Assembly: GCA_016186645.1 (NCBI GenBank)
Contig: JACPLF010000006.1
Span: 46,312-110,311 of the forward strand
Source of the DNA: Candidatus Levyibacteriota bacterium
Lineage (GTDB): Bacteria; Patescibacteriota; Microgenomatia; Levybacterales; UBA12049
Length of the DNA stretch: 64,000 nt
Direction of reading: 5' to 3'
Shown: piece after piece, positions 20,522 to 29,683 of the stretch
How the letters are laid out: each line of letters begins with the position of its first letter
How positions within the stretch are numbered: the first letter of the stretch is position 1
Program-made: the position numbers and the translations under genes
Notes under the pieces: model-generated
What the model saw: only the letters and a program-made list of their open reading frames with translations
Databases searched by the model: none
Told to the model about the DNA's origin: nothing

Positions 20522-21504
20522 ATATTTTAGTAACTGGAGGAGCGGGATATCTAGGAAGCGTTCTTGTTGGAAAACTTTTGGCGGAAAACAATAAAGTAAG
20601 AGTTTTGGATGCTCTCATGTTTGGAGGAGAGGGAATCTTGCCCTTTATTTATCACAAGAACTTCGAATTTGTAAAAGGGGATACCAGAAATAAAGAAACA
20701 GTTTTAAAATCTTTGGAAGGAGTGGATTGCGTTTTTCATTTGGCAGCTCTTGTTGGTGAGCCTGCTTGCAGCGTTAATCCATCCTTGACAGAGCAAATCA
20801 ATCATGAGTCAGCAGTTCTGGTTGGTAAGTCAGCTAAAGAAAATGGCGTTGAAAGAATTATTTTTACTTCAACTTGCAGCAATTATGGAATATCCAATTT
20901 AGATGAATTGGCAACAGAAGAATCTCCTCTTAATCCCTTGTCTTTGTATGCGGAGACAAAAATAGCAACAGAAAAAGATCTCTTAGAATTATCCGATTCA
21001 AGCTTTACTGTTTGTGTCTTGAGACTAGCTACAATTTTCGGATTATCAGGAAGGATGAGATTCAATCTTTTGATAAATGAAATGGTTAGAGAAGCTTACG
21101 TAAATAAAAAGATTTTATTGTATAAAGAAGATGCTTGGAGGCCTTATGCGCATACGCAGGATGCATCAGATGCTCTGATTAGCGTTTTAAACGCAGAAAG
21201 CTCAAAGATAAATCATGAAATTTTTAATATGGGAACAGAAAACTACCAGAAAAAAGGATTAGTAGAATTGGTAAAGAAATATGTTCCAGATCTAGAAATC
21301 GATAGACAAGGAGGACTTCCTGACAACAGAGACTATAAAGTTTCTTTTGAAAAAATAAAAAGAGTTATAGGTTTTACTCCGAAAAGAAAAGTTGCAGATG
21401 GAGTCGACGAGCTTTTCTGGGCGGTTAAGAATAATGTTTTCAGCAATCTTTATGATGATAGATACGTAAGCTGGATAAATGAAAAAGTTTTGGATAAATT
21501 ATGA
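20518..21504 (+). CDS. NAD-dependent sugar epimerase/dehydratase (extended SDR)
   Basis: ILVTGGAGYLG, HLAALVG.P.C, STCSNYG, YAETK (YxxxK). Confidence 0.9.
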   Translation: MNILVTGGAGYLGSVLVGKLLAENNKVRVLDALMFGGEGILPFIYHKNFEFVKGDTRNKETVLKSLEGVDCVFHLAALVGEPACSVNPSLTEQINHESAVLVGKSAKENGVERIIFTSTCSNYGISNLDELATEESPLNPLSLYAETKIATEKDLLELSDSSFTVCVLRLATIFGLSGRMRFNLLINEMVREAYVNKKILLYKEDAWRPYAHTQDASDALISVLNAESSKINHEIFNMGTENYQKKGLVELVKKYVPDLEIDRQGGLPDNRDYKVSFEKIKRVIGFTPKRKVADGVDELFWAVKNNVFSNLYDDRYVSWINEKVLDKL

Positions 21505-21602
21505 CCCTCCTTCGTGCCTCCTTCGCCGACCTGCGCTTCGCCGCGAAGGCTCCGGCAAGGCGAGAGTGGCTACGAAGGCCGAGTAAAACTACGAAGGGTC
21601 AT
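21501..21602. repeat. GC-rich triple-nested palindromic (REP/RPE-like) element cluster
   Basis: Outer arms CCTTCGT(21509-15)/ACGAAGG(21591-97) plus ATGACCC/GGGTCAT; middle CCTTCG(21520-25)/CGAAGG(21573-78); inner CTTCG(21536-40)/CGAAG(21544-48); sharply GC-rich versus the AT-rich surroundings. Confidence 0.8.
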
Positions 21603-21681
21603 GCCGTCGAAGCTGAGTGAAAGTGTAAAAACAGTTTGATTATGTCAAAATATTATTTAAAGAAAGGATAAGCGAAGTGGT

Positions 21682-22764
21682 ATGAAATTTATTGCACAAA
21701 TGGAGCCATGGATTGGTAAAGAAGAGAAAGAAGCAGTTGATAGCGTTCTTGCATCAGGATGGATAACAGAAGCCTCTAAAACTCGTGAATTTGAAAGCCG
21801 TATCGCATCATTTGTAAAGAGCAAGTATGCAAGTGTTCTTTCCAATGGTACAGTTACTTTATTTGCCGGCTTAAAGGTTTTAGGAGTAGGACCGGGAGAC
21901 GAAGTAATTGTTCCGGATTTCACAATGGTTGCTAGTCCAAATACAGTTGTGATGGTTGGAGCAAAACCTGTATTTGTTGATATAAAAAAAGAAAATCTAT
22001 GTCTTGATCTTACAGAAGTTGAGAAGAAAATTACTAAAAAGACAAAAGCAATTATGCCGGTTGCTATCAACGGACGAGCTCCGGACATGGATAGCCTTAT
22101 GAAATTGGCTAAAAAGTATAAGCTTTTTGTTCTGGAAGATGCTGCGCAGGCTTTTGGAAGTTATTATAAAGGAAAACACTTGGGAACAATTGGAGACATA
22201 GGAAGTTTTTCTTTTAGTACTCCAAAAGTAATAACAACCGGTCAAGGTGGTGCTTTAGTTACGGACAATAAAGAATTTAGCGATAAAATTATAAGGATTA
22301 AAGATTTTGGAAGAATTGACAGGAATACCCAGAACCATGATGAGATAGGATACAACTTCAAATTTACGGACATTCAGGCGGCACTAGGTCTTGCTCAAAT
22401 GGGTAAATTAGAGTGGAGACTGAAAAGAAAAAAAGAAATGTACAAGCTTTATAAAGACTGTTTGAAGGAAGTATCTCAAGTAAAATTTATTAAAACAGAT
22501 CTAGAGCAAACTTCTCCCTGGTTTATAGATATTATGGTTGAGGATCCAATTAAACTATCTAAATATCTTAAAACTAAAAATATAGGGACAAGAGTTTTTT
22601 ATCCTGCGATTCACACTACAAAACCTTATAAGGGTGCAGAAAAATTTCCCAACTCTTTATGGGCATCAACTCATGGCCTTTGGCTTCCGTCATCAACTTT
22701 TCTTACAGAGTCTGATATAATCTTAATTTGCAGCGCCGTAAAAGAGTTTTATGAAAAAAACTGA
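21682..22764 (+). CDS. DegT/DnrJ/EryC1/StrS aminotransferase (perosamine synthase-like)
   Basis: SNGT, GDEVIVP.FT, EDAAQA.G, SFSTPKVITTGQGG (Lys retained), GYNFK.TD.QAA.G. Confidence 0.9.
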   Translation: MKFIAQMEPWIGKEEKEAVDSVLASGWITEASKTREFESRIASFVKSKYASVLSNGTVTLFAGLKVLGVGPGDEVIVPDFTMVASPNTVVMVGAKPVFVDIKKENLCLDLTEVEKKITKKTKAIMPVAINGRAPDMDSLMKLAKKYKLFVLEDAAQAFGSYYKGKHLGTIGDIGSFSFSTPKVITTGQGGALVTDNKEFSDKIIRIKDFGRIDRNTQNHDEIGYNFKFTDIQAALGLAQMGKLEWRLKRKKEMYKLYKDCLKEVSQVKFIKTDLEQTSPWFIDIMVEDPIKLSKYLKTKNIGTRVFYPAIHTTKPYKGAEKFPNSLWASTHGLWLPSSTFLTESDIILICSAVKEFYEKN

Positions 22765-23836
22765 GCAAGATATCAAGAAAATATTAAATAACAGAACGGT
22801 TTTAATAACTGGGGCAGATGGATTTGTCGCATCCCACTTAACAGAAAAATTAGTAGAGTATGGTTCAAATGTTCATATATTAATTCGTGCCACTTCTTCA
22901 GGAATGCTTCACAATATTCCTCATCTTAGGGGAAAAATGACTGTTCATTACGGAGACCTAACAGACAAGCAGGCGATAAAGGAAGTTTTGAAAATAGTAA
23001 AGAATGAGGGCGGGGAAAAGCCCATTGTTTTTCATCTTGGGGCGCAGGCGCATGTCGGAGAATCCTGGAGAAGATCATATGAAACATTTAATACAAATGC
23101 TCTGGGTACTTTAAATCTTTTGCAGACGATAGTTGATGTAGATTTAGATTTGTTTAAACTCGATACTGCAGGAACCTCAGAGGAATACGGAAATGTAAAT
23201 CCGGAAGTTAGAGATCAATATAGATTTGACAAAAACGGTGGTTTAATTTTGGATGAGAGATCACCTCTAAATCCGCAAAGTATTTATGCTACTTCAAAAG
23301 TCGCAGCTGATTTTCTAACCAGAAATTTCTATGTAGGGTATGGAGTCCCTACGGTTGTAACAAGAATGTTTAACAATTACGGCCCAAGACAAAATCCAAG
23401 ATTTATAACAGGAACAATTATTACTCAAGCTTTGGACAGGGATATCGTAGAATTAGGTTCTTTGACTCCAAAAAGAGATTTCTGCTTTGTGGAAGATGGG
23501 GCAATGGGACACATAAATGTAGCGCTTTTTGGAAATCCGGGTGAGGTATATGTTTATGGTTATGGAGAGACAATTTCAATTGGTGATTGGTACGATCTTA
23601 TTATAAAAGTTGGCCGTGAAAAGGGATACTGGAAAGATAAGAAACTCATTCATAAAGATAGCGGAAAAAGAGGAAGACTGGGAAAAAGCGAGGTTGAAGA
23701 ATTAAGAGTTGATTATACAAAACTTAATAAACTCACTGGTTGGACTCCGAAATTCTCTTGGAAAGAAGGACTTGAAAAAACCATAAAATGGTACGCTGAA
23801 AATAAAGAAAAATGGATAGGAAGGGTTGATTGGTAA
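22751..23836 (+). CDS. NDP-hexose 4,6-dehydratase (GDP-mannose 4,6-dehydratase-like)
   Basis: LITGADGF, HLGAQAHV..SW, AGTSEEYG, P.S.YATSK, R.FNNYGPRQ. Confidence 0.8.
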   Translation: MKKTEQDIKKILNNRTVLITGADGFVASHLTEKLVEYGSNVHILIRATSSGMLHNIPHLRGKMTVHYGDLTDKQAIKEVLKIVKNEGGEKPIVFHLGAQAHVGESWRRSYETFNTNALGTLNLLQTIVDVDLDLFKLDTAGTSEEYGNVNPEVRDQYRFDKNGGLILDERSPLNPQSIYATSKVAADFLTRNFYVGYGVPTVVTRMFNNYGPRQNPRFITGTIITQALDRDIVELGSLTPKRDFCFVEDGAMGHINVALFGNPGEVYVYGYGETISIGDWYDLIIKVGREKGYWKDKKLIHKDSGKRGRLGKSEVEELRVDYTKLNKLTGWTPKFSWKEGLEKTIKWYAENKEKWIGRVDW

Positions 23837-24787
23837 ATGGATAAGGGTTTTTGGAAAGGCAAGAAAATACTCGTAACAGGAGGCCGCGGTTTCGTAGGAA
23901 GTCACGTTGTAAAAAATCTTCTTGAAAAAAGAGGCGTTCCAAAAAGCGCTATAATAACTCCTCAAAGCAAGGATTACGACCTAAAGACTTACGATGGAGC
24001 AAGAAGATCAGTCAAGGGAGTAGATGTTGTGTTGCATTTGGCTGCAGATGTAGGCGGAATTGCATACAGCAGCACTCATCCTGCAACTCAAATGAGGAAC
24101 TGTTTGCTTATTGACGCAAATACGTTTGAAGCGGCAGCAAATGAAAAAGTAGAAAAATTCGTTTGTGTATCTAGCGCAGTTGCATATCCCGTTAACGCAT
24201 CATCACCTCTTAAGGAGGAGGATTTATTTATAGGAGAACCAGCAAAAGGCGGATACGGCTATGGATTTGCCAAAAGAATGTCTGTTGTAATGGCAAGAGC
24301 TTACAAAGAGGAAAAAGGATTAGACGCTTCAGTATTACTGTCTTCCAATGCATACGGTCCGGGAGACAATTTTGATCTGTCTCATGGGCACGTGATTCCT
24401 TCTCTTATCAAGAAATGTTTGACAGAAAAGGAGCTTGTTGTCTGGGGAGATGGAAGTCAGGTGAGGGATTTTTTCTTTGTTGAAGATTTTGCAGAAGGAG
24501 TAGTTTTGGCAGCTGAAAAATTACATACCTCAGATCCAGTAAACATTGGCTCAGGGGATCCAATTGCCATTAGAGATTTAGTTAAAATAATTGTTAAATT
24601 GACCAAATTTAAAGGAAAGGTGATATTTGACTCAACAAAACCTCAGGGGCAAAAAATTAGAAACGTTAGTATAGAAAAAGCCTTAAGGTTGATGGGTTTT
24701 GCCCCGTCCTACACTCTTGAGGGAGGTATTAAAAAGACAATAGAATGGTATCTTAAGTATGGAAAAGAAGGTTCAAAAACAACTTAA
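23837..24787 (+). CDS. GDP-L-fucose synthase/GDP-mannose 3,5-epimerase-like SDR
   Basis: VTGGRGFVG, HLAA.VGGI, YGFAK, N.YGP.DNF....HVIP.LI, WGDG...RDF, D.TKP.GQ. Confidence 0.8.
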   Translation: MDKGFWKGKKILVTGGRGFVGSHVVKNLLEKRGVPKSAIITPQSKDYDLKTYDGARRSVKGVDVVLHLAADVGGIAYSSTHPATQMRNCLLIDANTFEAAANEKVEKFVCVSSAVAYPVNASSPLKEEDLFIGEPAKGGYGYGFAKRMSVVMARAYKEEKGLDASVLLSSNAYGPGDNFDLSHGHVIPSLIKKCLTEKELVVWGDGSQVRDFFFVEDFAEGVVLAAEKLHTSDPVNIGSGDPIAIRDLVKIIVKLTKFKGKVIFDSTKPQGQKIRNVSIEKALRLMGFAPSYTLEGGIKKTIEWYLKYGKEGSKTT

Positions 24788-25943
24788 AGACTTAAATGTT
24801 GCAATAGTCACTCATACAAGAACAACCGGATTAAGCCAATTTTTGAAAGATTGGCTACTTAATAAAACAAAAAAACTTGTTTTTATAGGTCACCCTCTAT
24901 ACCCAAGTACTGAATCTAATTCTTTAATGGAAATTTATGAAAAAGGAGCATTAAAAAAAAATTATAATTCTCCATTCATCTTTAAGTCGGGAATTTTACT
25001 TTACATAAAAGATGCATTTCTCACATTTTATTTTTTTCTCAAAATGGGTAGCAAAATAGACATTGCTGTTGGGGTAAATAATCTTAATACGGCAGCTCTA
25101 TTACTTCTTAAGAAAATGAATTTTATAAAAAAAGTTGTATATCATACGGTTGATTATGCCCCAATTCGTTTTGAAAATAAATTACTTAATAATGTTTATC
25201 ATGCGATTGACAAATGGTGCTGTTATAACGCAGACATACTTTGGAACAGTTCCGGAAGAATGAATGAGGGAAGAATAAAAAACGGAATGGATAAGAATAA
25301 AATTGCCAAAACAATTATTACGCCGGACGGAAGCAATTTTGACCCAGAGAAAAGATTAGGCATTTCAGAAATAGATAGGAAAATGGTTGTTTTTTTGGGA
25401 CATCTTAGGGAAAGATTGGGATTAGAGCTATTGGTAGAATCTTTTAGCGATGTTGTTGCGTTTGTTAAGGATGCAAAGTTATTGATAATAGGCGATGGTC
25501 CATTATTAAACAAATTAAAAAATATGGTCAAAGAATTAAAAATTTCAAAAAATGTCGAGTTTACGGGTTTTATAGAGAGACATTCCGATGTGGATAATAA
25601 ATTAAGAAAAGCGGCAATTGGAATCGCAGTGTTTGAGCCCGATAAAAATTCGTATGAATATTACTCCGATGCAGGAAAACCAAAAGTCTATCTAGCTGCA
25701 GGTTTGCCGGTTGTAATAACTAAGGTGCCTGAAATTGCAGATGAAATAGATGCTAAAAAAGCAGGATTTGCCATCGAATACGACAAAAAAGAATTAGCAA
25801 AAGCAATCGTTACGCTTCTTAAAAATGACAAACTCTACGAAGACTACCGAAAAAATGCTATAGAACTTTCTAAGAAATATATTTGGAATAGTCTTTTCTA
25901 TGAGGCCTTTTCCCAAACTTTAAAACATTTCAAGAAGAATTAA
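24759..25943 (+). CDS. GT4 family glycosyltransferase (paralog of 52999)
   Basis: FLGHL, IIGDGP, V.FTGF, YSD.GK.K.Y.AAGLPV..T. Confidence 0.85.
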   Translation: MEKKVQKQLKDLNVAIVTHTRTTGLSQFLKDWLLNKTKKLVFIGHPLYPSTESNSLMEIYEKGALKKNYNSPFIFKSGILLYIKDAFLTFYFFLKMGSKIDIAVGVNNLNTAALLLLKKMNFIKKVVYHTVDYAPIRFENKLLNNVYHAIDKWCCYNADILWNSSGRMNEGRIKNGMDKNKIAKTIITPDGSNFDPEKRLGISEIDRKMVVFLGHLRERLGLELLVESFSDVVAFVKDAKLLIIGDGPLLNKLKNMVKELKISKNVEFTGFIERHSDVDNKLRKAAIGIAVFEPDKNSYEYYSDAGKPKVYLAAGLPVVITKVPEIADEIDAKKAGFAIEYDKKELAKAIVTLLKNDKLYEDYRKNAIELSKKYIWNSLFYEAFSQTLKHFKKN

Positions 25944-25945
25944 TT

Positions 25946-26686
25946 ATGAAAAATATTTACCAGGAAAAAACAGAAAAATTTTTTGACAAATATGTTTCAG
26001 CAAAAAAAGACTTAGATCTTCTGAAAATGTCTAGAGCAGGAAGAATAGAATTTGAAAAATTCTTTAATTTTTTAAATTTACCAAAAGGTTCGAATGTAAT
26101 CGAGTTGGGATCAGGTTACGGAAGATTTGTTCTCCAGCTTCTCAAAAGAGGATACAAGGTTACTGCTGTTGATATATCTCAAGAGTCTCTGAATGTACTC
26201 TTGGATCAGGCCAAAAAAAATAATATAGACAAGGATTTAAAATTAGTGAGGTCGGATTTTTCAAAACCGCAGTTTACAGATTCCTATGACGGGGCATATT
26301 GCATTAGTACATTTCATCTCTTGGCAGGGACAGAGGAAAAAAGAATTGAGACTTTTTCAAATTTGATAAAAAGTGTAAAAAAAGGAGGAACGGTTGTTGT
26401 GATCGAACCAAATCCTCTTAATCCTTTTTACTATCCTTTCTATTGGTTTTCAGATCAAGTTGCTTGGGAAATAGAAAAAACTTTTATGCAGAGTACGGAG
26501 TTTAATCTCAGAAATATCTTTAAAAAACTTGGTTTGGTTGATGTAGAGATTTCCTATATGGGGTTTTTGCCAAATAGATTTATAAATAGTATTGAGGCAA
26601 TTAAATATCTGAATGGCTTTATCAATTCAGTACCCTTACTAAACAAATTCTCCAGTTTTATCTACATAAAGGGGAAGAAAAAATAA
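25946..26686 (+). CDS. Class I SAM-dependent methyltransferase
   Basis: VIELGSGYGR, VTAVDIS, KKGG.VVVIEPNP.NP. Confidence 0.9.
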   Translation: MKNIYQEKTEKFFDKYVSAKKDLDLLKMSRAGRIEFEKFFNFLNLPKGSNVIELGSGYGRFVLQLLKRGYKVTAVDISQESLNVLLDQAKKNNIDKDLKLVRSDFSKPQFTDSYDGAYCISTFHLLAGTEEKRIETFSNLIKSVKKGGTVVVIEPNPLNPFYYPFYWFSDQVAWEIEKTFMQSTEFNLRNIFKKLGLVDVEISYMGFLPNRFINSIEAIKYLNGFINSVPLLNKFSSFIYIKGKKK

Positions 26687-27319
26687 TTATTTTATATTTT
26701 TTACTGCGAAAAGATCATAGGAAAGTTCAGGAGATGAGTATAAAAAAGGCTCTGAAATAAAAGCTAGAGCTCCCCACAATATCCAAGGCTTGTATTTAAT
26801 TGTCGCATAGTCGCCCCTTAAATACTTAATTCCTCTTAGGCCATATACTTTGTAGCCAAGTCTTTGTAAGTCTTTGGAAGACCATCCGGATTTGTGAATT
26901 TGGTAAGGATTACTATCATATCCGTCCTGAGGATAGAATCCATTTGGAGTAAGAAGAATAACTTTTTTCCTAGCAATCTTTTCCATTTCTTGAATAAGTT
27001 TATATGAATCCTCTTTTGGAAAATGTTCAATCACATCAAGTGCAATTACGGCATCAAAACTTTTTATTTTGAAATTAGACCTTAATCTATTAATATTTCC
27101 AACGGTATATTGATCATGTATTTTTTTGTCTTTGCTTTTTAAAATACTTGGCTTATGGGTATCTACACCATGACTTGAAAAGAATTTTTTTATTTTGGCA
27201 AGAGGAGAATCAGATCCACATCCTACATCAAGAACAGAGGAGCAACCTCTTAAGTGGCTCTCAAGTGTTTTATAATAAAAAACATCCTTGAATTCATTTA
27301 TAATTTTAGTAATTTGCAT
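26687..27319 (-). CDS. Class I SAM-dependent methyltransferase
   Basis: SVLDVGCG, SFDAV..LDVIEH, TPNGF. Confidence 0.9.
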   Translation of the reverse strand: MQITKIINEFKDVFYYKTLESHLRGCSSVLDVGCGSDSPLAKIKKFFSSHGVDTHKPSILKSKDKKIHDQYTVGNINRLRSNFKIKSFDAVIALDVIEHFPKEDSYKLIQEMEKIARKKVILLTPNGFYPQDGYDSNPYQIHKSGWSSKDLQRLGYKVYGLRGIKYLRGDYATIKYKPWILWGALAFISEPFLYSSPELSYDLFAVKNIK

Positions 27320-27323
27320 AACG

Positions 27324-28991
27324 TTATTTAAAATCTTTGCGCTCTAACTTTTTTGTCTCGGAGTTATAATATAAGTAAATAACATCGTCCTTGTCAAACA
27401 AATTTTGTCCAATCGCTTTATTTAACTCTAGCTTATCGTAATAATAGCCAAAACCTTTGCCATCTTTTTGTCTATATCCTTGTCCTAAGGTGTCGTATAG
27501 AAATCCAACATCTAATGCTTTTGCAAACGTTGCTTCTTTGAAAAAATCAGGATTTAATTCTCTTTTCGTTGTATATTTAACCATTAGAACATGTCCTAGG
27601 CCAGACTGAAAAGGAGTTTTCAGTTCCGGCAGACCATAGTATCCCTCAGAATTTCCAGTTATAAAAAATACTGTTTTTTTTGGCAATACCGGTACCAAAT
27701 TTTCAACTTGTTTCAAAAAATTTTGTCTTTCTTTGGATCTATCTGCCATAAGCTTTAAATCCGAGAAAAGCGTTGATTCATGGATAAAAACATATAGAAA
27801 TAAAACAAAAACCGCAATTATTTTAAATACCCTTTTGTTGGAGGAAAGCAAATTGAAAATTAATACGGCTAAAAAAATAGCGACTCCAATAGATCCTGCA
27901 TAGTAATATCGGGAATCCAAATATGAGAATGAGCTGTTTATTACAACATAAGGGAGGAAGCTTAAAGCAGCTAAAATAATTGATGCTTTCAAAGCTTTTA
28001 AGGAATTGGAAGAAAATTTTAATTTTCTCATAAGCCAAAATATTAAAATTGCAAAAGCAACCAGTAGAAGTAAAATTGTAATTTCCGCATTAGAATTTTG
28101 ACTTGCGATTAAAAACCCTAAAGAATCAGAAGGTAAGTTGGGATTAACTATTCTTGTTGTTATATCGGATAATTTGAATAAATAGAAATTCGGGATAATT
28201 AATTGCACTATGCCCTCAAGCGGGTATTGTATTGAATGCATAGCTATATTCGGGATTAGTGAGGAGCCGGTGTTCACATAATTCGCCCTGTCTCCAGGAA
28301 TAAACAATACGGTTTTTATAAAGAAAGAAAGCATAATTAATCCTAAAATAATAAGTGTTAAATGTTTTTTCAGCAGTATTTTTATACCCGTTCTTTTTAG
28401 AGAGTAGATTGAGAAAAGAACCGGATAAAAAACAAACGCGAATGCCCCAATTTCTTTAAAAAGAAAGGAAACCCAAAGAAGAAAAGTAGACAGTAAAACA
28501 AGCTTAACTTTTCCATTATCGATAAATTTTAGGAAAAATATTAAAGATAAAAGCAGGAAAAAAACCGAAGTCGAGGATCCTGTCATGGTTCCAAACCAGC
28601 TGTAAGCTTCATGTCCGAGCTCATTTATTAAAAAAAGAAAAGAAGCTAGGGTAGAGATTAATAGATTTTTTGTTAACTTTTTTGTCAATAAAAATATAAG
28701 AAATGCATTGGCCACATGAAAAGTGAATCCAAAAGCACCGTAAGGCAGAGTATTTAGCTCAAATAAATTGAAAAGGCCAAAAGTTATAATTCTTGCTCCA
28801 ATTCTATCGCCCAAAAGAAGTTCTACCAAAGTTTTGTCCACGGTTATATATTTGGTTCCGTAGGATAAGATAATTCCAAATCCATGCCATTCATCCTGTT
28901 GGAAATACTGGAGAAATAGAAGAAAATTAGCCAGCAGAATAATATGTATTAAAATTCCAACAGCGACTATTTTTTTAAAAACTTCACTCAT
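27324..28991 (-). CDS. GT-C-like multi-TM glycosyltransferase
   Basis: YFQQDEW acidic loop motif, H..N..L, FKE, RYYY motifs; coupled downstream of GT2 28988. Confidence 0.7.
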   Translation of the reverse strand: MSEVFKKIVAVGILIHIILLANFLLFLQYFQQDEWHGFGIILSYGTKYITVDKTLVELLLGDRIGARIITFGLFNLFELNTLPYGAFGFTFHVANAFLIFLLTKKLTKNLLISTLASFLFLINELGHEAYSWFGTMTGSSTSVFFLLLSLIFFLKFIDNGKVKLVLLSTFLLWVSFLFKEIGAFAFVFYPVLFSIYSLKRTGIKILLKKHLTLIILGLIMLSFFIKTVLFIPGDRANYVNTGSSLIPNIAMHSIQYPLEGIVQLIIPNFYLFKLSDITTRIVNPNLPSDSLGFLIASQNSNAEITILLLLVAFAILIFWLMRKLKFSSNSLKALKASIILAALSFLPYVVINSSFSYLDSRYYYAGSIGVAIFLAVLIFNLLSSNKRVFKIIAVFVLFLYVFIHESTLFSDLKLMADRSKERQNFLKQVENLVPVLPKKTVFFITGNSEGYYGLPELKTPFQSGLGHVLMVKYTTKRELNPDFFKEATFAKALDVGFLYDTLGQGYRQKDGKGFGYYYDKLELNKAIGQNLFDKDDVIYLYYNSETKKLERKDFK

Positions 28992-29683
28992 TTTTTGAAA
29001 TAAAATTTCATCATCTCTTCTATGGTCCTAAATATGACACTTCTGCTTCCTCCCGAAGCCTTGCCAAATTTGCGCGGAAAATGGCTAACAGGTATTTCTT
29101 TTATTTTATATCCTTTATCTCTAAGTTTAATTAAAAGCTCAGCATCTATGAATGAGCTATTGGATGTAAGTTTAATTGAATCGAGAGCTTTTCTGCTGAC
29201 AATCTTCATTGAGCAATTTATGTCTTTTATATCGGTTGAGAAAAGAAATCTGATTAACCAGTTGAAGAGAAGAGTTTGAAGCTGCCTTGAAAATGTTAAG
29301 GCTCTTTTTTTTCTAAAGCCGATAACGGCATCATAATTCTTAAGGTAGGGCAGCATTTTTTCTATTTCTGCTACGTCATATTGGATATCTCCGTCTGTGT
29401 AAAAAGTATAGTCGTATTTTTTCGCATTCCTGAACCCATCTCTTAATGTTGCACCATATCCCATATTTTTTTCGTGGTGAATAACTTTAACAAAAGGTTG
29501 ATATTTGGCGGATAATCTATCGGCTACTTCTTTTGTTTTATCCGGACTGCCATCTTCAACAATCAATATATCAAATGCCGAGGTATTTTCTTTAAGAACC
29601 TTAAAAATTTTAGGAATTAATATTGGCAGATTTTTCTCGTCAAAATATGCAGGACAAAAAAAGGAAATAGATGGCTTTTTCAT
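28988..29683 (-). CDS. GT2 polyprenol-phosphate glycosyltransferase
   Basis: S.F.PAY, VEDGSPD, H..NMGYG..LR.GF, YTDGD.QYD, DINC..K, FIDAEL. Confidence 0.9.
   Translation of the reverse strand: MKKPSISFFCPAYFDEKNLPILIPKIFKVLKENTSAFDILIVEDGSPDKTKEVADRLSAKYQPFVKVIHHEKNMGYGATLRDGFRNAKKYDYTFYTDGDIQYDVAEIEKMLPYLKNYDAVIGFRKKRALTFSRQLQTLLFNWLIRFLFSTDIKDINCSMKIVSRKALDSIKLTSNSSFIDAELLIKLRDKGYKIKEIPVSHFPRKFGKASGGSRSVIFRTIEEMMKFYFKK

Noticed and set aside
21501-21620. tRNA, CRISPR repeat or intrinsic terminator
   Set aside because: No cloverleaf, T-loop or CCA; no repeat-spacer periodicity; no poly-U tail after the stems on either strand
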